A DNA stretch of 64,000 nucleotides from Heptranchias perlo (GCF_035084215.1 NC_090367.1:7690001-7754000), one strand, 5' to 3'; shown: positions 35,530 through 48,849, counted from the stretch's first letter. Translations and numbers: made by a program. The notes: generated by a model not told the origin, from the letters alone.

Positions 35530-36985
35530 TGGGATATACCCCACACCCCTTACTGTAAAACACACTGATATACCCCACACCCCTCACTGTAACACTCTCT
35601 GTAACACTCTGATATACCCCACACCCCTCACTGTAACACTCTGATATACCCCACACCCCTCTCTGTAACACTCTGATATACCCCACACCCCTCACTGTAA
35701 CACTCTGATATACCCCACACCCCTCACTGTAACACTCTGATATACCCCACATCCCTCACTGTAACACAAATATACCCCACACCCCTCACTGTAACACTCT
35801 GATATACCCCACATCCCTCACTGTAACACAAATATACCCCACACCCCTCACTGTAACACTCTCTGATATACCCCACACCCCTCACTGTAACACTCTGATA
35901 TACCCCACACCCCTCACTGTAACACTCTCTGATATATCCCACACCCCTCACTGTAACACTCTGATATACCCCACACCCCTCACTGTAACACTCTGATATA
36001 CCCCACACCCCTCACTGTAACACTCTGATATATCCCACACCCCCTCACTGTAACACTCTGATATATCCCACACCCCTCACTGTAACACTCTGATATATCC
36101 CACACCCCTCACTGTAACACTCTGATATACCCCACACCCCTCACTGTAACACTCTGATATACCCCACACCCCTCACTGTAACACTCTCTGATATACCCCA
36201 CACCCCTCACTGTAACACTCTGATATACCCCACACCCCTCACTGTAACACTCTCTGATATACCCCACACCCCTCACTGTAACACTCTGATATACCCCACA
36301 CCCCTCACTGTAGCACTCTGATATACCCCACACCCCTCACTGTAACACTCTGATATACCCCACACCCCTCACTGTAGCACTCTGATATACCCCACACCCC
36401 TCACTGTAACACTCTGATATACCCCACACCCCTCACTGTAACACTCTGATATACCCCACACCCCTCACTGTAACACTCTGATATACCCCACACCCCTCAC
36501 TGTCACACTCTGATATACCCCACACCCCTCACTGTAACACTCTGATATACCCCACACCCCTCACTGTAACACTCTGATATACCCCACACCCCTCACTTTA
36601 ACACTCTGATATACCCCACACCCCTCACTGTAACACTCTGATATACCCCACACCCCTCACTGTAACACTCTGATATACCCCACACCCCTCACTGTCACAC
36701 TCTGATATACCCCACACCCCTCACTGTAACACTCTGATATACCCCACACCCCTCACTGTAACACTCTGATATACCCCACACCCCTCACTGTAACACTCTG
36801 ATATACCCCACACCCCTCACTGTAACACTCTGATATACCCCACACCCCTCACTGTCACACTCTGATATACCCCACACCCCTCACTGTAACACTCTGATAT
36901 ACCCCACACCCCTCACTGTCACACTCTGATATACCCCACACCCCTCACTGTAACACTCTGATATACCCCACACCCCTCACTGTAA
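35530..36985. repeat. 32-bp minisatellite (TGATATACCCCACACCCCTCACTGTAACACTC), about 45 copies
   Basis: 32-bp period. Confidence 0.97.
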
Positions 36986-38025
36986 TATCTCCTCGGGTCC
37001 CGAGAGACACCTTCCCTTTGCAGGCTGCCTCACCCTATTCTGGACCCTATGTGGGTCCCACAACGTTTGAAATTCTCAGTCAAAATAGACCTGCTATCCG
37101 AGCCGCGTGGAGCAGGGCGGGGGTGGGAGGGGGGGTGTCCCCTCGGGTTGTTATTGTTGTGATACAAGGCAAGACGGAAGAGTCTACTTTCCTCTGAGCT
37201 GGGAGGAGGCGTTGCCCTTTTAAGAAGGCTGCAGAGGACGGATGCTGTGCAGAGAGAGGGGAGCCGGCTGAATGTGAACTCTCTGTCCTTGTAGGACCAC
37301 GGGTGGAAAAAAAAAAGACTGTCTGACAGCTCTCAGGGCGGAGAGAGAGGGAGAGAAGGGCCCAGAGAACCGTTTTGAAGGGTCTCTGTAACTGGCAGGA
37401 AACTGACAGCGCGTCAATTTCTTTCAATTTCCAGCCCGGAAAAGTTTGGCTGAACTTTTTGAAAAGTTTTTATTTGCTTGAAATCAAGGAGTTCCACATT
37501 TGGGGGTAGGAATAATCAGTGTGTTTTTAAAAATTTCTGCCCCCCACAATAGATGGGGTATTAATGCAATCTACTTGTATATAAACTGCTTTCTTTATTG
37601 TATCTTAATTATTTACAATTGCTTAAGTTCTTTTCAAAGCAAATCTCCGAGCCATTTTATGTAAGAAAAGTCAAGGGAATGAAAAAAGGTTCAATCGGAG
37701 ATAATCCTTTCAATTAAACTGTGGGGCGAGGGCAGGGTTCAAACTTGTAAAAAGCGTGAATTTCGTTCTGTCAATCAGTGATGTCTTGATCACACACACA
37801 CAGAGGGTGAGAGTCTCTTGGAGGTAAATTCCCTTGTATTTTGTTTTAAGAAACAGTTTGATGGTGTGGGCAAGGGGGAGTGTCCGATCTCCCTCTCTCT
37901 CTGGGTGGGTGAATTAAGAGGGGCTGAATGGCCTCAAGTCATCCCCAGTGATGGTGGGTTATTGGGATCAGGAATGTAGCCAGTGCTGTTTGCATGCAGC
38001 TCGCTGTTCCCCTGTGGGATAACCC

Positions 38026-38335
38026 AGAGATTTGAGCCCCATAATCCAGGCCGACGCTCCCAGTGCCAGTGCCGAGGGAGTGCCGCACTGTCGGAGGTGC
38101 CCGTCTTTCGGATGAGACGTTAAACCGAGGCCCCGTCTGCCCCTCTCAGGTGGACGTAAAAGATCCCACGGCCACTTTTGGAAGAAGGGCAGGGGGGAGT
38201 TCTCCCCGGGCGTCCTGGGCCACAAATTGGCTGCCTCGTTCCCTGCATTACAACATTGACTAACACCTCAAGAGTGCTCCACTGGCTGTGAAGCCTTTTG
38301 GGGTGTGAAAGGTGCTATATAAATGCAGGCCCTTT
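38026..38335 (+). mobile_element. DeuSINE-like copy (head missing, internal deletion)
   Basis: Family match through the tail GGTGCTATATAAATGCA. Confidence 0.8.
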
Positions 38336-38701
38336 CTTGGCGAGCTGCCTTGGGGAAGTTTCTCCTGTTGGAATCGGATGAGAACACAGATTGAGATCGT
38401 CTCGTGGCCCCACGTCACCCAGTCTGCCGTCCGACTGCCCTTATAAACTGCAACCCCCCCACCCCCCCCCCCAATATCATCGACCTCACTCCCCTACCTG
38501 ATAGGTTATTCCAAATAATTCGCCCCCTTCGAGTGCATACATTTGGCAGGATGGGCCAAATGGCCTCATTCCGCTCTGCATCGTTCTCTGACCAGTTTTT
38601 AAATTTACTTTTCACCAGATTGCGACTTGAATGAACGCTTCCTGCACTCCCGTTCCCCTACACCTGGAGGAAGCAACCCACTAAATTCTGTCTCTCCAGG
38701 A

Positions 38702-39012
38702 CCAATTTGTGCACAGCAAGATCCCACACTGATGTAGATTGAGGGATAAATAACACCCCAGGGCACCGGGGAGAACTCCCCCCTGCTCTTCTTCCAATAG
38801 TGGCCGTGGGATCTTTTACGTCCACCTGAGAGGGGCAGACGGGGCCTCGGTTTGACGTCTCATCCGAGAGACGGCGCCTCTGACAGTGCGGCACTCCCTC
38901 AGCGCCGGCACTGGGAGTGTCGGGCCTGGATTGTGGGGCTCAAGTCTCTGGACTGGGGCTCGAACCCACGACCTTCTGGCTCGGAGATGAGAGAGAGAGA
39001 CACACTGAACCA
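38702..39012 (-). mobile_element. DeuSINE-like copy
   Basis: Reverse complement family match including the tRNA-like head. Confidence 0.8.
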
Positions 39013-39949
39013 CGGGTGATGCGTCTGCGATTGCTTCCTCGAGTCCTGAGTTCCCTGGAATGGGCAGAGACGTCCCACCTGACCCGTCGCTCTCCGCCCA
39101 CGAGTCCCCGCTCCCAGCGGGTGAAACTCTGCACCGGCAGAGCCAATCTGTACAATTTACCCTGCCCGGATTAACAGCGACAGACAGGTGGCTGCCCTCG
39201 CCTCTTCCCCCCCCTCCCAGTTGGCACGATGGGTGAATTCACCTCCCGGCACGATACTAGGCCGAGAAACGCAGGAGGGCCCCGACTTCCAGCCGTCGGA
39301 TCTCAGCTGGGAAGGGGGCAGTGGGGAACAGAATAGGGACTGGGGCCGAGGTTAGGAGCAGGGAGAAATCAGCAAGGGGTTCCCGCTCCTGATTGCCACC
39401 CCAAACACCACCACCAAACACTGGCGGGGGGTGCATGTTGGATTAGAGCAGGATGGGAATTGGTGGTGATGCCCCATGCAGTCGAATAGCCAGCGGTGTA
39501 TAGACCGGCACTGAAGGAATGGCCACTGCGGGGGCGGGGGGGGCGAGGGCGACTGGGGCCTGGGGAACTGTAACCCAGCAACAGGCAGGGCCTGCAGAGG
39601 CGGAGGAGGGTGTTCGAGAGGCTTGTACCAGCCGACACTGATTGCTTCACTTTGACCCTGACCTCATGCCTCTGTGTCAGTGTGGTTTATGTGTCACAAT
39701 GTTTTCCTTCCTCTTTCTGTTTCTTTTTTTAACCCCTCTTTCCCACAGATAATGAGATGGTGCGCATGCCTTGGTATAATCTTCCCCTTTTCTGTGTAGT
39801 TCTATCGCCCTGTGGTCGGAGGCTCTGTTCAAAATAGAGCACAAAACGCAATGGCGGTGGGGGGACGGTGTTAATGGGCGCACTGTCAGCAGGGGGGGGG
39901 GGGGAAAGTATTTTCAGAAACCCACATCCTCGCACGCCGCCGAGGGAGG

Positions 39950-40230
39950 TGCCCCAGTGGCACCCATTGCCACGCTGCCCAGAGCCACCCTGTGCCCCAG
40001 TGCCACCCTGCCCCAGTGTCGCCCTGTGCCCCAGTGTCGCCCTGTGCCCCAGTGTCGCCGTGTGTCCCAGTGTCGCCGTGTGTCCCAGTGTCGCCGTGTG
40101 TCCCAGTGTCGCCCTGTGCCCCAGTGTCGCCCTGTGCCCCAGTGTCGCCCTGTGCCCCAGTGTCCCCGTTCCCCAGTGCCCCTGTATCCCCGTTCCCCAG
40201 TGCCCCCATGCCCCTGTACCAGTGTCACTA
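39950..40230. repeat. 18-bp tandem repeat (GTGTCGCCCTGTGCCCCA)
   Basis: About 9 clean copies with degenerate flanks. Confidence 0.9.
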
Positions 40231-40867
40231 TCGAACTTTAATCAACAGTTAGTCTACCTCTATATATGTGTTAATAAACACCTAACATTGGCCGCACTTC
40301 CTGCCGACTTTCCCCATTATAAATTCCCTGTGTCCACGTTTATAATGGGAATTACCTATAATGTAAACGCGTCACGCTGTCGTTACACCCTCCCACCACT
40401 GGAGGTTGCTGCAGTGTAATTGTAGCGTGATGTTTACATAGATAATTCCCATTGTAAACGTGGACGTGGGAATTTCGAATGGCAGAACGAAAATGAGGAC
40501 AGAATGAGCGACTTTAAAATGGGAACTGAATTACGTCAGGGCGCCCTGGTCTAATTATTCCCCCTGCCCCCGCCCTCGAACCCAGCTTCACCTGCAGAAA
40601 CACTTGATCTTAACTGAGCAATGCCACGGGAGGTCGACGAGTAGTTTCAATTGATACCCCGTGAGTGAGCTGTTTTTGAAGTGGAGCAGAACACTTCATC
40701 TCGTTCGACCCACCTGCGTCCCGTTCACCCTTCCCCCACCCATCGGGCCAACCTTTCACCCACTGAAACCAGCACTGCGAGTGTATAAAGACAGAGCAGG
40801 AAGTGATAGTGAGACACGGGGAGAGATTTGTCATTTGTCACTTGGCTTACGAAAAAAGGAGATTGGA

Positions 40868-43185
40868 AGAGGGGCAGAGAGGGGTTCGATCGATCCCCCG
40901 GGTACAGGGGGCAGAGAGGGGTTCGATCGATCCCCCGGGTACAGGGGGCAGAGAGGGGTTCGATCAGTGACCCGGGTACAGGGGGCAGAGAGGGGTTCGA
41001 TCAGTGACCCGGGTACAGGGGGCAGAGAGGGGTTCGATCGGTGACCCGGGTACAGGGGGCAGAGAGGGGTTTGATCGGTCCCCCGGGTACAGGGGGCAGA
41101 GAGGGGTTCGATCGGTCCCCCGGGTACAGGGGGCAGAGAGGAGTTCGATCGATCCCCCGGGTACAGGGGGCAGAGAGGGGTTTGATCGGTCCCCCGGGTA
41201 CAGGGGGCAGAGAGGGGTTTGATCGGTCCCCCGGGTACAGGGGGCAGAGAGGGGTTTGATCGGTCCCCTGGGTACAGGGGGCAGAGAGGGGTTCGATCGG
41301 TGACCCGGGTACAGGGGGCAGAGAGGGGTTCGATCGGTCCCCCGGGTACAGGGGGCAGAGAGGAGTTCGATCGATCCCCCGGGTACAGGGGGCAGAGAGG
41401 GGTTTGATCGGTCCCCTGGGTACAGGGGGCAGAGAGGGGTTTGATCGGTCCCCTGGGTACAGGGGGCAGAGAGGGGTTCGATCAGTGACCCGGGTACAGG
41501 GGGCAGAGAGGGGTTCGATCGGTCCCCTGGGTACAGGGGGCAGAGAGGGGTTCGATCAGTGACCCGGGTACAGGGGGCAGAGAGGGGTTCGATCGATCCC
41601 CCGGGTACAGGGGGCAGAGAGGGGTTCGATCAGTGACCTGGGTACAGGGGGCAGAGAGGGGTTCGATCGGTCCCCGGGTACAGGGGGCAGAGAGGGGTTC
41701 GATCAGTGACCCTGGTACAGGGGGCAGAGAGGGGTTCGATCGATCCCCCGGGTACAGGGGGCAGAGAGGGGTTCGATCGGTGACCCGGGTACAGGGGGCA
41801 GAGAGGGGTTCGATCGATCCCCCGGGTACAGGGGGCAGAGAGGGGTTCGATCAATGACCCGGGTACAGGGGGCAGAGAGGGGTTCGATCAGTGACCTGGG
41901 TACAGGGGGCAGAGAGGGGTTCGATCGGTCCCCCGGGTACAGGGGGCAGAGAGGGGTTCGATCGGTCCCCCGGGTACAGGGGGCAGAGAGGGGTTCGATC
42001 AGTGACCCGGGTACAGGGGGCAGAGAGGGGTTCGATCGGTCCCCCGGGTACAGGGGGCAGAGAGGGGTTCGATCAGTGACCCGGGTACAGGGGGCAGAGA
42101 GGGGTTCGATCGATCCCCCGGGTACAGGGGGCAGAGAGGGGTTCGATCAGTGACCCGGGTACAGGGGGCAGAGAGGGGTTCGATCGATCCCCTGGGTACA
42201 GGGGGCAGAGAGGGGTTCGATCAGTGACCCGGGTACAGGGGGCAGAGAGGGGTTCGATCAGTGACCCGGGTACAGGGGGCAGAGAGGGGTTCGATCAGTG
42301 ACCCGGGTACAGGGGGCAGAGAGGGGTTCGATCGATCCCCCGGGTACAGGGGGCAGAGAGGGGTTCGATCAGTGACCCGGGTACAGGGGGCAGAGAGGGG
42401 TTCGATCAGTGACCCGGGTACAGGGGGCAGAGAGGGGTTCGATCGGTCCCCCGGGTACAGGGGGCAGAGAGGGGTTCGATCGGTGACCCGGGTACAGGGG
42501 GCAGAGAGGGGTTCGATCAGTGACCCGGGTACAGGGGGCAGAGAGGGGTTCGATCAGTGACCCGGGTACAGGGGGCAGAGAGGGGTTCGATCAGTGACCC
42601 GAGTACAGGGGGCAGAGAGGGGCTCGATCGGTGACCCGGGTACAGGGGGCAGAGAGGGGTTAGATCGGTCCCCCGGGTACAGGGGGCAGAGAGGGGTTCG
42701 ATCAGTGACCCGGGTACAGGGGGCAGAGAGGGGTTCGATCAGTGACCCGGGTACAGGGGGCAGAGAGGGGTTCGATCGGTCCCCCGGGTACAGGGGGCAG
42801 AGAGGGGTTCGATCAGTGACCCGGGTACAGGGGGCAGAGAGGGGTTCGATCGGTGACCTGGGTACAGGGGGCAGAGAGGGGTTCGATCAGTGACCCGGGT
42901 ACAGGGGGCAGAGAGGGGTTCGATCGATCCCCCGGGTACAGGGGGCAGAGAGGGGTTCGATCGGTCCCCTGGGTACAGGGGGCAGAGAGGGGTTCGATCA
43001 GTGACCCGGGTACAGGGGGCAGAGAGGGGTTCGATCGGTCCCCAGGGTACAGGGGGCAGAGAGGGGCTCGATCGGTCCCCAGGGTACAGGGGGCAGAGAG
43101 GGGTTCGATCGGTGACCCGGGTACAGGGGGCAGAGAGGGGTTCGATCGGTCCCCCGGGTACAGGGGGCAGAGAGGGGCTCGATTG
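40868..43185. repeat. 37-bp G-rich minisatellite (GGGTACAGGGGGCAGAGAGGGGTTCGATCGGTCCCCC), about 62 copies
   Basis: 37-bp period with a few discrete variant types (GATCCCC / GGTCCCC / AGTGACC / GGTGACC). Confidence 0.97.
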
Positions 43186-43769
43186 GCCTCTGGGGCATGG
43201 TGGGGGCGGGGGTCGATCAGCCCCCGGGGTACGGGGTGGGGGGGATTTGATCAGCCCCCGGGGGTTCGGTTAGTCGACAGTTAGATTATGCAAATCTCCA
43301 TAACCAGGCCGTTTCCATCTGTGGCCCTTTGACCTTTGTGTCAGCTTGCTCAACAGGCAGCCTCTGTGAAACCCAAGTTAACCACATACTGAGTGTTGTG
43401 TTTCTCATCTTTGCCATAATGTTTGCCTTCCCTTTCCTTCCCCCTCCCCCTGCCCTCTCTCCACCATCCACCATTTTGAAGGAAGAAGAGGCCATTTTGT
43501 GTATCCGCAGACGGTCTCTCTCTCTCTGCGTTGCTGTGTTCGACCCGTGTCTCGCATTGGACGAGACTACGCGAGGCACAACGCCATAACCCCCGCGGTG
43601 TGGTTTGGGACGGGGGGGGGAGACGGGGTCATCTCACATCTGGGCAACGGGGGTCGTCGACTCTGGTTGGACATATTCGTACAGGTGTCATCACTCCCTC
43701 AATCGCACCATTGGCCGTCCATACCACGCCCACCCCACCAATTGGAAAGCGAATAGAAGGTCCGTTCGC

Positions 43770-44170
43770 AGTGCCGAGGGAGTGCCGCACTGCCGGAGGC
43801 GCCGTCTTTCGGATGAGACGTTAAACCGAGGGCCCCGTCTGCCCCTCTCGGGCGGGCGTAAAAGATCCCACGGCCGCTACTGGAAGAAGAGCAGGGGGGA
43901 GTTCTCCCCGGTGTCCTGGGGGCCGATATTTATCCCTCGACCAACGTCACTGAAGAGCAGAAAATGCTGGAAATACTCAGCAGGTGTGGAGAGAGAGAGA
44001 GAGAAACAGATTTAACATTTCAGGTCTAGGTTAACTCTTGTATCTTTCTCCACAGATGCTGCCGAGCATTCCCAGCATTTTCTGTTTTTATTTCCGATTT
44101 CGAACATCCGTGGTATTTTGCCTTTGATCACTAAAAACACACTATCCGAACGTTGCTGTTTGTGAGATCT
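43770..44170 (+). mobile_element. DeuSINE-like copy interrupted by a nested inverted-repeat element
   Basis: SINE stops at ...CCAACGTCACT (43951) and resumes at TCACTAAAAAC (44128). Confidence 0.7.
43952..44127. mobile_element. Short fold-back (MITE-like) element
   Basis: CAGAAAATGCTGGAAATACTC (43958) is an imperfect inverted repeat of GAGCATTCCCAGCATTTTCTG (44064-44084); flanked by TCACT direct repeats. Confidence 0.6.
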
Positions 44171-44194
44171 GCAGCATCTCCGTTGCACGTTTCA

Positions 44195-44625
44195 CACCCT
44201 CAGGAAGCTCCAAAGCACTTCACACAACCGTGAAGTACTTTTTGGAGTGTAGTCACTGTTGTGATGTAGGAAACGCGGCAGCCAATTTGCGCACAGCAAG
44301 ATCCCACAAACAGCAACGTGATAATGACCAGATAATTTGTTTTTTTTTTAGTGATGTTGGTTGAGGGATAAATATCGGCCCCAGGACACCCGGGGAGAAC
44401 TCCTCCCCCCCTGCTCTTCTTCCAATAGTGGCCGTGGGATCTTTTGCGTCCACCTGAGAGGGGCAGACGGGGTTTAACGTCTCATCCGAAGCCTCCGACA
44501 GTGCGGCACTCCCTCAGTACCGGCACCGGGAGTGTCGGCCTGGATTACGGGGCTCGAGTCTCCGGAGTGGGGCTCGAACCCACGACCTTCTGACTCGAGA
44601 CCAGCGAACTATCGACTGAGCCACT
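44195..44625 (-). mobile_element. DeuSINE-like copy, near full length
   Basis: Reverse complement family match. Confidence 0.85.
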
Positions 44626-45374
44626 GGCTCTCGCCCCTGCTGCCTTCCCTCCCCACACACCGCCCGTCGGGCGCTGAGGTTAACGGCAGTTGCTGCCGAG
44701 ATCAAGATCAACCACCTCAGCAGTAGGCCTGGGGTTGAAGTTGGGGCCAGTTGCCAGTTTTGCCGGTGAACCGCACTTGGGCGTTGCCTTCAGTCGCTAG
44801 GCCGCGATTGAGGTCTGCCTTGGGTACATAACAATCTGTTTCCTGTTCTCGCACGCCCTCCCCGTACATCAGAGCCCCTCTCTCAGAATGTGATAGGCCT
44901 CACGGTGTCGGCAAGGCTGTTGCCAAGGAAACGATTTCCTCGATCTCCACCTTCCTCCCCCACCCGCCTCCTCGTCAACCTGTTGTGCTGACTGGCTTGC
45001 AACTGTTAATAGTGTGGCTTTAGATCAGTGAGTGTTAATTGTATTCAGGTGGTGGGTACCAATTGGGGACTCTCTGGTGTCCTTTTTATGGGCGAGCTGA
45101 TCCAGGGTGTGGTTTGTGTGTAAGGGAAATCTCAATGAATAAAAGCTCGGAGACAACGAGAGACCAGGCTCTCGTGTTCTATCCTCCACCACGTGGCTTT
45201 CCATTTATTGCAGTAACGAGCAGCGAGTTAGCTCAGAAATGGTTCCCCCTCCGACCTCAAAACTCCCGAGAATGTGGATGGGACGCTGCAACTGAATTAA
45301 ATGGCCCTGGACGGGGTGGGAGGGTGAACCAGGCTTCACACCACTGATTGCTGTCCGGTGATCCCCTGATAAAT

Positions 45375-46140
45375 AGTGTGTTTGTGCGAGTGTGCCTGTG
45401 TGTCCGAGTGGGAGGCAGTATGAGGGAGTGCAAGTGTGAGTGCTTGTGTGCGAGGGCGGGTGTGAGTGCGAGGGAGTACGTATGAGGGAGCGCGAGGGCG
45501 AGGGAGCGCGAGGGCGAGGGAGCGCGAGGGCGAGGGAGCGCGAGGGCGAGGGAGCGAGTGCGAGGGAGCGCGTGTGTGAGGGAGTACGTACGAGGGAGCG
45601 CGAGTGCGAGGGAGCGCGAGTGTGAGGGAGAACGTACGAGGGAGTGTGAGGGAGTGAGTGTGAGGGAGTACGTACGAGGGAGCGCGAGTGCGAGGGAGCG
45701 AGTGCGAGGGAGCGCGTGTGCGAGGGAGCGCGTGTGTGAGGGAGTACGTACGAGGGAGCGCGAGTGCGAGGGAGCGCGAGTGCGAGGGAGCGCGAGTGTG
45801 AGGGAGAACGTACGAGGGAGTGTGAGGGAGTGAGTGTGAGGGAGTACGTACGAGGGAGCGCGAGTGCGAGGGAGAACGTACGAGGGAGTGTGAGGGAGTG
45901 AGTGTGAGGGAGTACGTACGAGGGAGCGTGAGTGCGAGGGAGAACGTACGAGGGAGTGTGAAGGAGTGAGTGCGAGGGAGTACGTACGAGGGAGTGTGAG
46001 GGAGTACGTGTGAGTGCGACTGAGCGAGTGTGAGGAAGGAAATGTGAGTACAGGTGCGAGGGAGTATGAGTGTGAGCGTAAGGGAGTGTGAGTGCGGGAG
46101 TAGGAGCACGAGGGAGTGGGTGTGAGTGTGATGGAGTGCG
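45375..46140. repeat. Low-complexity GAGGGAG(CG/TG) minisatellite
   Basis: Recurring GAGGGAGCGCGAGTGC / GAGGGAGTACGTAC units. Confidence 0.9.
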
Positions 46141-46662
46141 ACTGTGCCTACGTGCCCAGGGGGTAGACCGGCCTAGACCAGCAGGCCCAGGGCGAGAGGC
46201 CAATGGCCAAGCACGGTTGAATAGTGGCCAGCAGAGTAGCAGCGTTATCTGCTTGGAGTTGTACTTTGAATGAGTGACAGCGTGCTGCAGCACAGGAAGT
46301 GAGTGGACACTTTGTTTTTTTTAAAATCGGTTCCTGATAAGACCTCCATCGAAACCTGTCACTGAGAGCTCTGTACAGTGCACAGGAAATGAGTCTAGCA
46401 CAGCCTCTGACCTCCTCTCCTGTCGGAGCTCAAGCAGATGTCCAGGCCCAGTCTGCAGGAAACGGCTACACTGGCCACGGTCGGGCCCTGAACGAGCCAC
46501 TGTACGTCTGATCTTTTCTTCAGTCACCTGAACGGCCACCTCAGCGGCCATGTCGAAGTTCCCAGGTAGCACTGAGTGAACAGGACGAGATAGAATTAGT
46601 GATTAGACTGTTCCTTTTCCCTTTGATTTTTGTGCTTGTTATTCTGAGGGATGTCAGTGCTG

Positions 46663-47345
46663 CTTAACATGCAGCTACAGCAAGCAATTAGGAAGGCAAA
46701 TGGCATGTTGGCCTTTATTGCAAGGGGTTGGAGTACAAGAGTAAGGAGGTCTTGCTGCAATTGTACAGGGCTTTGGTGAGACCTCACCTGGAGTACTGCG
46801 TACAGTTTTGGTCTCCTTACCTAAGGAAGGATATACTTGCCTTAGAGGCGGTGCAACGAAGGTTCACTACATTGATTCCTGGGATGAGAGGGTTGTCCTC
46901 TGAGGAGAGATTGAGTAGAACGGGCCTATACTCTCTGGAGTTTAGAAGAATGAGAGGTGATCTCATTGAAACATATAAGATTCTGAGAGGGCTTGAGAGG
47001 ATAGATGCTGAGAGGAAGTTTCCCCTGGCTGGAGAGTCTAGAACTAGGGGACATAGTCTCAGGATAAGGGGTCGGCCATTTAAGACTGAGATGAGGAGGA
47101 ATTTCTTCACTCAGAGGGTGGTGAATCTTTGGAATTCTCTACCCCAGAGGGCTGTGGATGCTCAGTCGTTGAGTATATTCAAGACTGAGATCGATAGATT
47201 TTTGGACTCTAGGGGAATCAAGAGATATGGGGATCGGGCGGGAAAGTGGAGTTGAAGTCAAAGATCAGCCATGATCTGATTGAATGGCGGAGCAGGCTCG
47301 AGGGGCCGAATGGCCTACTCCTGCTACTATTTCTTGTGTTCTTAT
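46663..47345 (+). mobile_element. Young 5'-truncated CR1 LINE (ORF2 C-terminus and 3' UTR)
   Basis: Intact frame [46 protein letters not shown]...RRMRGDLIETYKIL...RRNFFTQRVVNLWNSLP, then TTCTTGTGTTCTTATG tail. Confidence 0.93.
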
Positions 47346-47403
47346 GCTGGGGAATGAAAACCCATTTGAGGCACCCAGTGTCTGCATCAAGCCCCCCAAG
47401 TCT

Positions 47404-47820
47404 GGGTTAGATACAGAGTAAAGCTCCCTCTACACTGTCCCATCAAACACTCCCAGGGCAGGTACAGCATGGGTTAGATACAGAGTAAAGCTCCCTCTAC
47501 ACTGTCCCATCAAACACTCCCAGGGCAGGTACAGCACGGGTTAGATACAGAGTAAAGCTCCCTCCACACTGTCCATCAAACACTCCCAGGGCAGGTACAG
47601 GTTAGATACAGAGTAAAGCTCCCTCCACACTGTCCCATCAAACACTCCCAGGGCAGGTTACAGGGTTAGATACAGAGTAAAGCTCCCTCTACACTGTCCC
47701 ATCAAACACTCCCAGGGCAGGTACAGGGTTAGATACAGAGTAAAGCTCCCTCTACACTGTCCCATCAAACACTCCCAGGGCAGGGACAGGGTTAGATACA
47801 GAGTAAAGCTACCTCTACAT
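47404..47820. repeat. Second array of the 63-bp unit, 6-7 copies
   Basis: Same unit and orientation as 32575-33220. Confidence 0.93.
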
Positions 47821-48282
47821 TGACCACGGGGGCCTCTAGAGGGATAGTGGGTGAGGTTTGGCTCGGACTGGGATTTGAAAGTCCCATATTGATCTCCTCG
47901 TAGTCCGTTGCTTAAGCGAGGGTTAGTGATCCGGGGGAGTGTAGAAAAGATGACGTCTCTCGTACAGCTGTGTATCGTGGGTGTGAGATAAATTAAACAG
48001 GAGTACAATGTCAGTGTCGAGTTAATGGCCTGTTATTACTCTTTTTATTTCGATGATGGTTATTATTTATTTTCTGTGCTCCTGACCGAACCGATCTTTG
48101 CTGACTGGAGATCAGCCCAGGCCTAAGGGCCCTTGAGCCCAGGCCCTGTGTCGGAAACAGCAAAACGCCCCAACTGAAGCAACGCTAATGTGTACTTGGT
48201 TTGAAGGCCCTTCGAATCTTTCTAAATCAGGCAACGTTCCTCTCGTCTCTGTTCCTCCCACTCCTCCACCAGATGAGAGAAG

Positions 48283-48645
48283 GAACTTGCATTTATATAG
48301 CGCCTGTCACAACCTCAGGAGGCTTTAAAGCCAATGAAGTACTTTTTTTTTTGAAGTGTGGTCACTGTTGTAATGCAGGAAACATGGCCGCCAAATAGTG
48401 CACAGCATCCCACAAACAGAAATGTGACGTTGTTCGAGGGGATAAATATTGGCCCCAAGGAGAACTCCCCCTGCTCTTCTCCAATAGCGGCCGTGGGATC
48501 TTTTACGTCCGCCTGAGAGGGGCAGACGGGGCCTCGGTTTAACGTCTCATCCGAAAGACGGCACCTCCGACAGTGCGGCGCTCCCTCAGTACTGGCACCG
48601 GAGTGTCGGCCTGGATTATGGGGCTCAAGTCTCCAGAGTGGGGCT
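48283..48645 (-). mobile_element. DeuSINE-like copy
   Basis: Reverse complement family match. Confidence 0.8.
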
Positions 48646-48849
48646 CACCTCAGTTACAGTGCTGGGGCACTAAAGTAAGTCCCAGAGCCCCACCACCCAG
48701 GGCGAGGGAAATATCAACCAGGGATTCCACTCTCTTCAGTGACGCCCCATGTAGCTGAATAGCCTCCCTTCCCCCACTGCCACTCAGGGCCTGTATCCCT
48801 CCTCAGAGCCTGTTGGCCATCCTTTGTCCCCTCATTTCCATCCATTGCT

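Noticed and set aside
39886..40209. Collagen-like Gly-X-Y ORF (GDTGAQ)n on the minus strand
   Set aside because: Product of an 18-bp repeat; no prolines, register breaks at both ends, no convincing splice sites.
40868..43185. CRISPR-like array (37-bp repeats); likewise the 32-35-bp arrays
   Set aside because: Units are contiguous with no unique spacers, there are no cas genes, and the context is vertebrate.
46728..47255. Host gene of 175 aa
   Set aside because: It is the C-terminal end of CR1 ORF2 in a 5'-truncated insertion.
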